Shown here piece after piece: positions 34,766 through 47,655 of a DNA stretch of 64,000 nt. The number at the start of each line of letters is the position of its first letter. Position 1 is the stretch's first letter. Location: positions 38,132,001 to 38,196,000 of the forward strand of contig CM059432.1 of the NCBI GenBank assembly GCA_030390025.1. Direction: 5' to 3'. Source of the stretch: Squalus acanthias. Taxonomy: Eukaryota. The translations under genes and the position numbers were made by a program. The notes under the pieces were generated by a model that worked only from the letters and a program-made list of their open reading frames with translations, had not been told where the DNA came from and did not search any database.

Positions 34766-36743
34766 CTTGTAGCCAGGAATATTAGCACCCATTCCTCCCC
34801 TTGTTTGAGCCAGGTTTCCGTTATTGCCACTATATCATAATCCCATGTGGCTACTTGTGCCTGAAGCTCACCAACCTTATTTATCACGCTCCAGGCATTT
34901 ATGCAAATAACTCTAAACACACCTTAGTCTGCCTCGCATTTCCCCCCTCCTATTTCTGAACTACCCTTTATTCTAATGCTGTTTGTCTCTCCGAGTTCTC
35001 TGTGCACATTGTATCTCCTCTCTCATGCTTCACCCTGGTGCCCCTCCCCCTGCCAAATTAGTTTAAACTATATGGTGTGACAGTGAACATTTCTTGTAGC
35101 TCATAGTCTCATAAAGTCTCTCTGTGGAACGAATTTGAATGATTTGAAACTATTTACTGGAAACCAATGTGCATGTAATTAGAAAGTGGCCAGTTTTGTG
35201 CCCAAATTGGCAGAAACAGATGCTCTCTTGAACAAGGGGAGGAGTTTTGGTTTGTATCCCTAAAAGGATAGGCGTCCTGAAAAGTTTCTCCAAGGCTACA
35301 CTGGGTTTAGATCACTTCCCTTGGTACATGAAGGTGAACAAATGAAGGTTCCTAATTTTATTTACTTAAGAGAAATATTCAGTTAAGTGGAGCCAGCTAT
35401 ACCAGTTAAAGCATTTACGGGTACCCAAACTAGAGGTTATAAGGTAAAGTGCTAACTTTTAAAATAATATTTTAAACACTGTTTTCATTTCTGAGTAATT
35501 ATTGCTGCAGTCACAATTGTAACCCTAGAGGCTTCACAAAGCTAACAGTTTCCAGCTGTGCACTTGCCAGATACATTTTCCACACCAGCTTCTTGCAAAA
35601 TCTATGATCAATTTAGCTGAAGGCCCCAGATGTGCTATTAATTTACTCTTAACCATCTGGGCCTTGGCATGGTCTTGTCACTGCAACGTGGCAAATGATG
35701 AGAAATCAGATGCAGCAGCCTCTTAGCAGGCTGTTCCCATTGACAACATCAAGTATCATTCAAAATGAACCTGTCAAGACGGAGCACGTGACATCTTTTC
35801 TTACACAACCTTTTATGTGGTTTCAGGTTTCTGGTGGTATGTCAGGCTGGATACCAGGGGACTCAATGTTTTATAAATAGAGCTGGCAAAACATGTACTG
35901 TGAACAAACAGATCAGATATCATTATTGCATTTGCAACATGTGACTGGGCTAGCAAGGAGCAATAAGACAGTTGAAGAACTATTCAGTTACTGAACCACA
36001 TGCTTGTGGATGACTGATTGTTTTATTTGGTCAAATTGAATTTGGATGCTGCTTATTTGAAAGTCCCATTAAAGTGTATCAATTAATAAAAAATGTGCTT
36101 TTATTAGTATTTTAGGTATTAAAAAAGCACTGACTATATCTTAGTTAAAGGGTCTGTGCTTGAAACCTGTAACATAGTTTTATCTCTCTACTGTTTTAGC
36201 AACAAAGCACAATAAACAAATATAGTTTGATGCTATGAGGGGAGAATTAATGTACAACAGGAGTGAGCTTCAATAGGGAAAGTGGCCTTTTCTCATCCCT
36301 AACTTTTCTTACTATTTTATATCTGCACTTAGTAACATTCCAGAAGGTGAGCAGTTGCTTTAATTTATTTTTCATATGGAAATGAAGACACATTCATAAT
36401 GCGAATAAGATCACTCCACTTCGAAAATTGTAGAACCCGCCTGTGTGCAGTTCTCTCCAAGTATGCAAAGGAACAACCACATAAAAACCCTACACATATG
36501 TTGTGAATTGTGTGAAGTGAATAGAAATACATGTAACATGGAAACATATGAGGCCTTTAAAAATAAATGCATGTAAAGATTTTTTTGTCTTTTTGGAGAC
36601 AATTTTGTTTAACGTTTTGCTAAAAAAAAAGTGGATTGGTGGTGAAGTCAATTTTATTTCTTCAGAGGCTTTTTTGTTTGGAAAGAGAGAAGAAGAGTTC
36701 AAAGTGGAAAATTCAGTGTCTAGTCAAGTTTTGAGGAAACTAA

Positions 36744-38517
36744 GGGCTGGATTTTACCAACCTCGGCAGGACCGTAGCGGGCGACGTTGGTGGTGGGGCC
36801 CGGCCTCATTGCTGGCTCCAGCCCGCTGTCCAAAATGATTTTCCCCCGATTGGGCTTGATAAGCCCGCCCAGCGTGTTTGCCGACCAATTGAAGGAAGCG
36901 GGTCTGATGATGTCATTTGATACGCATCATCAGCCGGTTTCCTTAAAGGGACCATGCACAAATTTATTTTGACATTTGTGCTGTCAGTGTTCTACAGCAT
37001 TGAGGTGCTGCAAACACTGACAAGCACTGCACAGAGGTGCAGGGTTGCACCCAGGCTCTCCCATGACTCCCTCCATATGCTTATGAGGGAGTCACAGCAC
37101 ACAGGGAGGTTCTCTTCCCTTCCAATGGGTGGAAGTGACCTCCCCAGGAGACCAAAGCAGCCTGGTTGCACATTGCACAGGAGGACACAAGCAGGGATAT
37201 CGTCAGGAGGACCAGGCTGCAGTGGCGCAAACCTTTCAATGATCTGAGCAGATCACGAGATGTTACTGCAAAGCCACACTCAACCTCATCCTGCTGTGCC
37301 ACTCATCACATCCCTATCACTCTGCCTTCCCTACCCTACTCCTGCACATCCTTACTCACACCAACATACCTTGCACCTCCACCCATCCCTCTCATCTACA
37401 TTTTCACTTCCCCATCTCACAAGCAAACCCCCACACTCACCCTCATCCTAGTGCAATCATACCAACTAACAACACACAAGGGTAGGCACTTGGGTGTTTT
37501 ATGCAATGTTCATGTAAAGTTTCTGTTAATATGGTGTCAAACATTGAAACCTTTATTTTGAACACTTTGCGTTCTTGGACAAATTTGTGTGCACCTTTGG
37601 AAGTGGCTTATGAGTTGCAGTGAATGGTGAGACATAACAGTACCCCCCGCAATGGTCATGAGTGTGAAAGGAATGGCTTGGGCATTGTAGAGATGCTTTA
37701 TGGTGTTGGTGTGGGGTGGTGCCAACCTGGCGCATCATGTGGCAGCCAGGGTATACAGCGTCAAGTGAAGTAAATCTGGCCATGGTGAGGTCATCCCTGG
37801 CCTCCCGGGCAGCAAGGTGGTTAGGTGCTGATGCCCTCTGTCCTGTGCAGCTTCAGTTGATTGCGGAGAAGGTTGGTGTTGTTGTTGTTGTTGGTGCTGC
37901 TGGTGTGCCTGGTGCTGCTGGTGTTGGGGCTGATCGTGATGGGATTCTGAGGACCAAGGTGAGATAGTTTCAAGGGCACCGACGCTGATGGAATAGATGG
38001 CAGGTGAAGTAGAGTTGACAGAAGTGATCTGTCAATGGTGGGAGAGGTAATGAGGTCAGACTGGATGGAGACTTGTGTAAAGACTTGCAGCATTCTGAAT
38101 CTGTAATGGAAATGCAGTTTAGAGAAGCTAGTGGTTAAGGGAAGATATCTGATTCAGCTGGGAGCTTTGACTTGACATTTGAAGCTGTCAACTCATCAGC
38201 TGAAACAATGGCCACTGACCTCCTGCCTCAGCTTCACTGATGAGGTCTCGGCACAACGGGAAACTAGTGGGTGAACTGTCAAAGTCAAAAAGCTGGAAAA
38301 AAAGCATTGTTAAGTGGCTGTAAACAAGCCACTAATGATTTTAATTGCCTCCCCCGCTGCTGTGTCTCAGGTCTGCTCAGCACGGGCAGACCCGACATTT
38401 GGGAAAGGCGCGTGGCAACGGGTTGACAGCGGGGTCCCGACCCGCTGTCAAAAAAAAACTTTTTTCCACCCGACCCACCACCAATCGTGCCCGCTGACTC
38501 CCCGGGAAATTCTGCCC
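36744..38517 (+). mobile_element. Decayed Harbinger element (second family) with Myb/SANT remnant
   Basis: TIRs GGGCTGGATTTT/GAAATTCTGCCC; remnant APRLS...WLHIAQE...RTRLQWRKPFNDL. Confidence 0.75.
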
Positions 38518-39325
38518 CAAGTTTTTTCACTTAGGTTAGTATCTATGGTCACTTTTGGTAATAAACGTAAAAAAAACTGTACAAAACCAATACACTTTAA
38601 TTTCAACAGAGGCGAAAAAGAACCAGCGCAATTTGTCTCAGGAGTCCTCAGTGGAAGCAATTTTATTCATATAATTTCATACATTTTGAGTTTGGTTGCC
38701 GCTACGACTCCCAGTGTTTATATATATGCAACATTTAAAAAAATGAACTACTCGAGTTTCTTCATGGTCAATTAATTTTCAATGTTTATACTTTGTCCTC
38801 ACAGGAAATGTGGAGTCAAAAACCTCACCCACAAGGTATGGCTAGAATGTTAGAATGATAAAGGAGGAGCTCCAATAACTTAAAAGCACAAGGTTAAAAA
38901 ATGTGAACTTCTTTGAATTGATGCAACTATTTTCAAAAAGAAACGATTATAATAAACATTAACTTATAGGGCTAAAAATTCAGTCGCGCCCCGTTTGGGG
39001 CGCACATATTGTCCAGGCGCAAAAATTAGCGCCTGGCGCTAATTATCACCACTGACTGGAAACTTCACTTTTAACGCCCCTGGAGGTGATTGGAGCGCTA
39101 AATCAGGCGCTGCACACCTCTCTTAAGGCGCAAAGGCCGAGGAGTGAGGCGCTAACTCAGAGCGCGAGCGCAGCGCAGGTGCTGCCAGTTAGCGAGGGAA
39201 CACAGACACACTGGCGCCGGCCAGTTCTTAAAGGGGGGGGCGATTTTGCTCCCCAGCCACACCCTGCTCATTGCAGCCTTGAATCTCGGCCTGGAGAGAC
39301 CTGTGAATCCATTTTCCAGCCAAGG

Positions 39326-40523
39326 ATGGAGAGGGTGAGAGAACGAGCTCAGCGCTTCACCGAGCGGGCCTTGGATGCTCTGGTTGGCGCGGTGGAGCGC
39401 CGAAGAGCAATACTGTACCCAGAGAATGGCAGGAGGCCTTTGCCGCGCGACTACAGAAGAGTGTGGAGGGAGGTGGCTCAGCGCGTCTCCTCCAGGACCA
39501 TGTCCAATGCCGGAAAAACTTCAACGACCTCACTCGGGTCGTCAGGGTGAGTGGCTTTTTTGCAATACCTCTCCATCCCTCCATCTCAACCTCACTCTAT
39601 GGCCAGAGGGTCTTAAAACCACAATTAACAACACTCATCCAACACCTATGGCCCTTTCATGAAGCACACACACACATTCCATACTTTGCATACAGTAAGG
39701 GCTATTCACCTATGGGAGGCACATCAGGCAAGACCATGGCTGTATACAGTAAGGGCTATTCACCTATGGGAGGCACATTAGGCAAGACCATGGCTGTATA
39801 CAGTAAGGGCTATTCACCTATGGGAGGCACATCAGGCAAGACCATGGCTGTATACAGTAAGGGCTATTCACCTATGGGAGGCACATCAGGCAAGACCATG
39901 GCTGTATATTTACTCAGACGCCGTCCTTTTTCTTGCAGGCCAAGCTGGCGCATAATAGGAGACAGCAGCAACGGACGGGTGGAGGGTGGCCTCAGTTGCA
40001 ACCCCTCAGCGATCTGGAGGAGCGCATCCACAGGATTGTGGCAAGCCGGGTGATCGGTCCCGTCGCCACTGGAGACGCCGACCCCGTTCTGGACAGCAAT
40101 GGTAAGGTCATCACCTTTTTGTCCTCTGTCCTTCCACTTGTCCCTCACAACACCAGTCTTTGACACTTTCAATCCAACTTACTAACTCGCTGCACTTATT
40201 CCTCCCTTACTGCCACCCTGTCCTCACGCTAAAGCCACTCTTGTACCTCCCTGCTTTCAGATGGTGATTCACCAGCTGAGGAGACGGGCCCTGAAGCTGC
40301 CAGTGGGAGTGAAGCTGCAGCCGAGGAGGAAGAGGAAGCCGGAGCATCAGTGCCACCCTCTCCCGAGGAAGCCCATGCCGACACTGGGAACACGCCTTCC
40401 CTGGAGGGGAGCAGGGGGGAAGGGTCTGATGAGGGTGAAGCTCCAGGACCCAGCGGGCTGCAGCAACGCGATGGGGGTAGGGAAGCTCAGGGGCCTTCTC
40501 CCCAGAGTGAGAGTATGCCAGCG
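39326..40523 (+). pseudogene. Harbinger Myb/SANT DNA-binding gene; exons 39326-39546, 39939-40101, 40261-about 40523; frameshift near 39500, 3' end lost
   Basis: RAQRFT...VWREVAQRV...QCRKNFNDL / AKLAHNRRQQQRTGGG; GT-AG introns join in frame. Confidence 0.82.
39691..39906. repeat. 54-bp tandem repeat, 4 copies, in intron 1 of the Myb gene
   Basis: TACAGTAAGGGCTATTCACC...CATGGCTGTA x4, one substitution. Confidence 0.95.
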
Positions 40524-40527
40524 AGTC

Positions 40528-40558
<31 letters not shown>

Positions 40559-41589
40559 GGTGGTGCTCCAAGGCCTGGTGGCATTGGCTGGGTCCTGAGG
40601 ATTGCCATGTTATGCAGCATGCAGCACACAACTACGATGCTGGAAACTCGCTCAGGCGAGTACTGCAGGGCTCCTCCAGAATGGTCGAGACAGCGGAACC
40701 GTTGCTTGAGCACGCCGATTGTGTGCACCACGATGTTCCTGGTAGCTTGATGGCTCTCGTTGTACCGCAGCTCAGCAGGGGTGTTGGGCGTACGGAGCGG
40801 TGTCATCAGCCAGATGCACAGTGGATACCCCTTGTCCCCGAGAAGCCAACCAACTGGCTGATGCGGTGCCTCGAAAAGTTCTGCCACAGTAGTCTGGCGC
40901 AGGATGAAAGCATCGTGGCAGCTGCCAGGATAGTGGGCATTGACAGCGAGTATCAGCTGTCTGTGGTCACAGACCAACTGAACATTCAAGGAATGGAACC
41001 CCTTTCTGTTCCGGAAATCCTCGGCATTCTCATGCGGAGCACGCAAAGCCACATGCGTGCAGTCAATGGCGCCCTGCACCATGGGGAAGCCCGCTATCCT
41101 CGTAAAGCCCAGAGCGCGTTCTTGCTGCTTGTCTGGGGTCATGGGGAAAGAGATGCACTCTCGTCTCCTTTTAAAGAGGGCATTTGTGACCTTCCTGATG
41201 CAGCTGTGCACCGCGAACTGGGAGATATTGGCGATGTCCCCAACAGCAGATTGAAATGAGCCAGTAGCATAAAAGTTCAGAGCCACTGTGACCTTCACTA
41301 CCACCGACAGAGACGTCCTGGACCTCAGCTGAGGCTGCAGATCTGGCTGCAGCAGGTGGCAGAGCTCAGTGACCACCTCCTTGCTGAAGCGCAGCCTTCG
41401 CAGACACTGCTCCTCAGACATATGAATGTAGGAGAGCTGTTCACGATATACCCTGGGAGGGTAAGCTCTCCTGTACAGACGCCTGTTGGCCCTCCTCCGT
41501 CTGGCCATCATTGCCACTCTCTCTCTGCGTCTCTGTGTCCTCCGATTCAGCTGGCGCAGGACGACGCCCCCCATCAGTGCAGCCCCCAT
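40207..41589 (-). CDS. Harbinger (HARBI1-like) DDE transposase; native C-terminus lost near 40523
   Basis: GAIDCTH, NRKGFHSLNVQLVCD, PGSCHD, LLGDKGY, LKQRFRCL, CCMLHN. Confidence 0.9.
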
Positions 41590-41975
41590 ATCTCTAAGCA
41601 AGCAAAGTTATGAAGGCCAGAAACCAAAGTACCAGCGAAGTTAGGATGAGTAGCCAAAACTACCTGACACAGCGTTGACTCAATGCAGAAGTCTCTCTTT
41701 CTCTCTCTCCGAATCTCTCTCTCTCAGAACGAGTGGTGCAAAAATGTCCACCACAGAGAAAGACAGGAAGAGGCCCCCTTTAAATAGCGCCACCCCCCAG
41801 CCCCACAGCGAATGATAGCGTTCCACTCTACCGGTCGTTGGATGTGCCAGGCGGTAAGGATGGGGGCGCCATGAAATTCTGCTCCGGGGCGCCACAAGGG
41901 CGTTGCACTCTCGTATGACGTCACAATCTGCGCGCGCAAGAGATCGCGGCGATAAAGTTTAGCGCCGCCGCAAGT

Positions 41976-42048
41976 GCCTTCTTAGCGCAGTAGGCAGCGC
42001 GTCAGTCTCATAATCTGAAGGTCCTGAGTTCAATCCTCAGAGAAGGCA
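41976..42048 (+). tRNA. tRNA-Met (CAT, elongator type), probably a retrocopy
   Basis: 73 nt; acceptor stem GCCTTCT/AGAAGGC, anticodon loop CTCATAA, T-loop TTCAATC; matches recalled vertebrate tRNA-Met. Confidence 0.93.
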
Positions 42049-42102
42049 TCGATTCTTGCAAAGCTGTGTTTCCCTTCTCTCCTCTCAGCTTTCCATTTTT
42101 AA

Positions 42103-42521
42103 GGCAACACGGTGGCATAGTGGTTAGCACTGGTGCCTCACAGCGCCAGAGACCCGGGTTCGAATCTGACCTCGGGTGACTGTCTGTGTGGAGTTTGCAC
42201 ATTCTCCCCGTGTCTGCGTGGGTTTCCTCCGGGTGCTCCGGTTTCCTCCCACAGTCCAAAAATGTGTGGGTTAGGTTGATTTGGCTATGATAAATTGACC
42301 CTTAGTGTTAGGGGGGATTAAATATGTGGGGTTATGGGGATAGGATGGGATATGTTAGGGGGAATTAAATACGTGGGGTTACGGGGGTAGGGTGGGATAT
42401 GTGTACTGTGGGGATTAAAGCAGGGACAGGGTACTGGATTTGGATGATCAGCCATGATCGTATTGAATGGCGGAGCAGGCTCGACGGGCCGAATGGCCTA
42501 CTCCTGCTCCTAGTTTCTATG
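42103..42521 (+). mobile_element. HE1-like V-SINE fused behind the tRNA trailer
   Basis: A/B boxes, V-domain, CR1-type 3' stem-loop and tail. Confidence 0.88.
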
Positions 42522-42719
42522 TCTAGTTAAGTTCCCGAGCGGCGCAAACATCGCTGCGCCCGGGCGCTAGCTGCTTAGCGCCCTCTTAAGGCGCTAACGG
42601 GAGGCGCAACCAACTGAATTTTTCCCCCATAGTGTTAAAAACAATTTATTCAATAAAGTTAACAATCTTTTTAGAAAATTGACTTTCTACATAGACAGTA
42701 AGCGAAGGAAGAAGCTAAA

Positions 42720-43035
42720 TGTACCTCTGATGGTGCAGTGGGTACTTGTGTGGTGTGGTACCAAAGTCCATAAAAGTATAAAGGTGATCCCTCCGCTGTG
42801 CTGAGTCAGTGGTCTCAGCTGAAGGTGGAGAGGGGCCAGTGACAACACTACAATTGGCCTCAACACTCCCTGTCCAGGAGGGAGAAAATCAAGCAAAGTT
42901 CCCACTCCTGATTACTATTCAGCGACCCTTGTTGGAAAGTGGGTGTGTCGTGGGCAGGTAAGGGCAGGATTGGGTTCAGCTATGTTTACCCCATGGTTGA
43001 ATAGCCTTTCAAAAATCACTGTCTCTGCTTTTACA
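42720..43035 (+). mobile_element. Old SINE-like repeat, unassigned
   Basis: Weak homology to about 12055-12400. Confidence 0.35.
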
Positions 43036-44762
43036 TGAAGAACGCTCACTGGGATGAGCTTATTGTAAAGCAGGACAGAACATTGGAGGACAGAGAAACT
43101 GCTGGTATAAAGACTTTCAGCAAACAATGTATGAAAATAATTTAGCCTGGTTGGCCTAGTTAACTTTTAAACAAAATCCCTGCAGTGTTTTAAAAAAGTG
43201 AGAAAAATGACACATTACCATCACAGTGATAAGGTGAAGGTTTAACTTTGGTTTAATTCTGTGCCATACAACATTGATTTCAGACGACACAAATGCCCTC
43301 CAGTAAATATTTTTTGAATCCACTACTTAAAATGTAAAATTTTCCAGATGTTTTGAATGTGAATAAAATCACTGGACTATAAAGGAAATCCACTTTCAGG
43401 TTATAGAATGATAACAAAAAAATCATCTTATTTGGCAAAGAAACTAACTGCAGCTGCAGAACACATGCTTACAGTATTTACACTGAAAAAATGTTCCACT
43501 GGCTTAGTCCTAGCTTGGCTGCATTTCATCTATGTCAGCAACAATCTAAGGGATAACTATGGTCCAAACTTCTGCACACAGATTCATCTTGACACAGTCT
43601 TAAACCGTCACAGTTTCACCATCAGTGCAGTGAAACCATCAACTAACAGACTGGAACCTGTGGGCATTATGCAAGGACAGCCATTAGGTCTGTTAGCATA
43701 CCCAGATAATATATTAAAAATGCATACGTTTACAGTTTCTTAACTTATGTGCAATATTCCAAGCCAAATATGATACGCTATCTTCATTTCACCATCTGTG
43801 GTCAAAATCTAATGTCCTAATCCTAATATCTCAGAACTGAATATCCACGTGCACATAGTCATACTTTAATTTCAGGGAACATGCACATTCAGATCATATG
43901 ATTGTGGCCCCAAGCAAAATATGGAGCTTCTTCACCAGCACATTTAGGTTCGGGCACACTTCACTCCAAATCCATTAACTATAACTTTTAACATCCAAAA
44001 GTGCTGTTACTTAAACATATATCATAATAATATTACAACACAGTACTTATGCTTAAATAGTGCCTTATAACACTGCAATGTCTCAAAACACTTCACATAA
44101 TTCATGTTTTGTAGGAGAATGCAGTAGGCATGTTGTACCAGGAACATTTTATGATCGCAGTGAGATGAATTTCTTCATTTGTTTAATATAATGGGGACAT
44201 AAGGCTTAAGATTCATAAATTAATGGCAGCCAGATAGTTTTAATCAAACCCTAGTGGACATGAATTAATTGTATTCAAATAGCGAAGCCTGAGATTGGAC
44301 AGACCGCCAATGAATAAGGTGGGATAATTGAAAGGAATTCTAGCCAGGAATTTACTCTTGGTGATATTAGTGGATGGAGGCTGAATGTATTTTTATGATG
44401 TTCCTCTGCCCACTATTTTAGTGGAGGCATTATCCCCTTTAAAACAAACAGGTTAACACTGTGTTACAATAGCAAACAGAGGAATGCCTTGCAGACTTTG
44501 TTTAGCGCCTGCCCACCAATATAACCAGCAGCAATTTCTGGGTTTATATAGCAAGTATGATAACTGCAAGATTAAAACAACTGCAAAAGCACATTGGCCT
44601 AATTGTGCTCTTTCCCTTGGAGGTTTGCCTAACCTCGATCTCTTCATCCACCTGACAAGGTCAAAAATTCACCAAATGTGGAATTGTCAGAGTGATCCCA
44701 CACTCTGATGCTCAATTGTGCTGTGCTTTGTTATAGAAGAGACCTGCAGTACAATGTACTTT

Positions 44763-45515
44763 GGCCCGGAATTTGCGGTCAGCGGCAAAGCAACGCCGAT
44801 CGCTGCTGACCTTGGAGAAAGCTGCCCACAAAGATCTTGCGATCTCTGTAGCGAAAACTTTAGCTTTCTCAATGTTAATTTGATTATAGGGCTGTCTCTA
44901 GGGGATCTCCAGAGTACAGCAGCAGTGATGTTATCAAGCTGGCTAAGCAGCCAATCACATTGAAGAATTATCACAGACAGCAAACCAGGAAATAAAAAGC
45001 AGCTTTTATCATTCACTTCTAAAAAAATTTATAGAAAGAGAAATAAAGATTGGGACATACACATGGGGTTAAGGTAAAAAGCTGAAATATCATTAAAAAA
45101 ACTTTTAAAAAACAAATTTAAAATTTTTTAATTTAAAAATCTAGCAATTTTTATCATAATGGAGAAATTTGACACAAATATAAAGTAGGTTTTTTTGAGC
45201 CAGAATGGTTGTTCAGCAGTAGTTATTACTCAGAATGCTGTTAAAAACCCAGTTACACCTCATTGAACAAGGCTTAACTTTTTATGGGGTTTTAACAGTA
45301 ATGTTACAGTGGAAAAGGGGAAGTTTTCGTCATTTCCAGTGATTTCAGTGATTGCTGGCTCTGGGAAGTTCCACAGCGGAATGACTGACCGCAACTTCAG
45401 GATTTCCGTGTTTATCTGCGCATGCGCTAAATCCTGAGGTTACGGTCAGTTTCAGAGAGGTAATGACAGCGAATACTGACAGTTTCACTGTCATTACCAC
45501 TGCAAAATCCGGGCC
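44763..45515. mobile_element. Harbinger-type MITE
   Basis: TIRs GGCCCGGAATTTGC/GCAAAATCCGGGCC; flanks TTT/ATT. Confidence 0.7.
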
Positions 45516-45574
45516 ATTACTTCTGTCACAAATCATTTTCCATTCAATCAGCCACACCCAAGTCATAGCTTTAA

Positions 45575-45697
45575 GGGTAGAAATTGTGATCAGCGCTGTT
45601 TAGTGGGTATTGCCTCTGCTAAAGTAGTACAGAGATAAATTTGGCACAAATGCATTAATTGCTTGCATGAGAACAGCACAGATCATAATTTCTACTC
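45575..45697. mobile_element. Small Harbinger-type MITE
   Basis: 17-bp imperfect TIR GGGTAGAAATTGTGATC/GATCATAATTTCTACTC. Confidence 0.55.
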
Positions 45698-45722
45698 TAT
45701 CATTGGAAGGATAGCTAACATT

Positions 45723-46466
45723 GGGCCGAAAATTGATCCCGGGACGCGAGAGTACTCACTGCGTACTCTCGCGTATTCCCACTCCAATTGCCGGTTTTCT
45801 GCATGCCCTGCGCATGCGCTGAAAACCGGCAATTGCTCTTCTGAAAAGGGGGCGGGGCCTGGGTGCATCGCGTGCGCGCTACAGGCTGCGCGCACGCTGT
45901 GCACTTCATGCTTTGGACGCGCAGGTAAGTAGGGAAGATTTTGGAAATGTAAAAAGGAGGAGTAAGACCCGCTTTTAAGAAGGTAAGTAGTGAATTAAGT
46001 ATTTTTTTGAATTTTTTTTTACAGGTATATCTTTTTTAGAGACTTTAAAGACAGGTAAGTTTATTTTTATAACTTTTTAAAAGATTTTAAATTTTTTCAA
46101 AAATTTAATTTTTTATTTAAAATGGTTAATTTAATTAACTATACTTATTTTATTAATGTGATGGTTTTTTTTTTAAATTTAATTGAGGTTTAGCTGTTAT
46201 TTTGGGGGTGAGTAAGATTCATAGATTTCACAGCCATGCTGTGAGACTTATGAATGGAAGATGGTGTGCTGCCATTGGCTCTAACTGAGTCACGTGATCC
46301 CACAGCTCGCACGAATTCACTACGCCGCTGGGATACGCAAGCCCAGCACAGCTGATGTCTGGAACATCAAGTTCGTGCGAGCTGGATCTGAAAAAGCATA
46401 AGCGAGGTGAGACATCGCGGGGAAGGCTTACCCCCGCGGGAACAGAGCGAGATCAATTTCTGGGCC
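45723..46466. mobile_element. Harbinger-type MITE
   Basis: TIRs GGGCCGAAAATTGATC/GATCAATTTCTGGGCC; TSD ATT. Confidence 0.75.
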
Positions 46467-47655
46467 ATTAAAAATCAGCTGCTTTATACGTTTAACTTTC
46501 AAACCCAAGCAGGCCAGTCAAAAGTACAATTCATTCAATATGGTTTTATTTTATTAAATTAGTGGAGTTTATTAGAATAATATTTTTTCCTTCCCCTCTT
46601 CTTCTGAAGGTGGTGACTCAGGCTGGGGTCGAGTTTCATGGCTACTGGCAGCCCTCCAGTCCCTCCTCCAGCGCTGTTTGTGAGTGAGCATCCACAGACT
46701 ATTCAGTTGTAAGGGAGGGAGGGAGGAGGGGCGAATCACAGCCAGGCCTTTTTTATCTGACATCCTCACACACGCACTTATGACCAGGTGTCTCTGGACA
46801 GTAGGTGATAGTGGAAACCTGGGCTACTTCTCCCCTTTTCAACCTCAAAATAGTGAGGGCAACTGTAGTCCCTCCTCCCACCCCAGCAGAGATCGGTTAA
46901 CTTAACCAATCAGGAATGAAATCTGAGACATTTCTGGTATGTATGGCTCAGTATCATATGGCAGAGTGTGCTTTTCAAAAATAGTGTATTTCATATCCAG
47001 AACATTGGTTTGCAAATTTTTACAGAAATCAATCATCTAGAATCAAATTTTGTTTTCAACTAAAAAACCATAAATAACAGACTTGGGTGGGCTTTTTGGT
47101 CAACAGAGTTAGCAATTAGCACAAAACAAAGCTATAACATCACTTTGGTCATTTAGTTAATAGTATCATTTAAGTGTTACACAAATACATAGTTGCCAAA
47201 AGTAATTGATTCCTACATGTTCCTAAAAATGGTTTGCCAAATAGTCTTTTTTGACAGATGGTCTTGCACAACATTTTCCAATCCTTTATGAACTAATCCT
47301 CAAAATTAAAAATGAACATATCTCTGTATTTACACTGTATTTGAATGATCCTTTTTCTGGATGACATTTTCTTTATCTTCCAGCAGGTTTTCTGGTCCAG
47401 TTTTTATTTATTTTTTTGATACCAAATTCTGATTTTACAGTTCACTGGAGACAATGCTGCTGTGTCCAGTCACGAGTAAGAGGAGGCAGTAGTTGCAAAG
47501 TTATTCAAGGGCTGATTATAACTCAGGTCGGGAAGGGGGGAATCGGGTCGGGAAGAGGGGCGTATCGAGCGTGCGCTTCCTGACGACTATATTGGAGCCT
47601 TAGGAGGCCTCTTAGTGCCCAAAAAACGTGGTGCATGGCCAAATTTATAGTCCAT

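Larger units (their letters stand above)
31860..35070 (-). mobile_element. Old CR1 LINE (ORF1/ORF2 junction, endonuclease, part of RT) with nested insertions
   Basis: Fragments INAWS...AITETW, ESIWLELRN, LDLVLGNE, LNEYFASVFT. Confidence 0.8.
38969..42628. mobile_element. PIF/Harbinger transposon with convergent Myb/SANT and transposase genes, internally deleted
   Basis: TIRs GGGCTAAAAATTCAG/CTGAATTTTTCCCCC, TSD ATA, two genes. Confidence 0.93.

Noticed and set aside
39691..39906. CRISPR-like array
   Set aside because: Head-to-tail identical units with no unique spacers; eukaryotic context
40261..41259. 332-aa plus-strand ORF
   Set aside because: Mostly the antisense shadow of the transposase; the Myb exon 3 uses a different frame
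40207..41601. Domesticated host gene HARBI1
   Set aside because: Flanked by TIRs and a TSD, with related non-autonomous copies in the window
42103..42178. Second tRNA gene
   Set aside because: tRNA-derived head of the V-SINE, continuous with the V-domain
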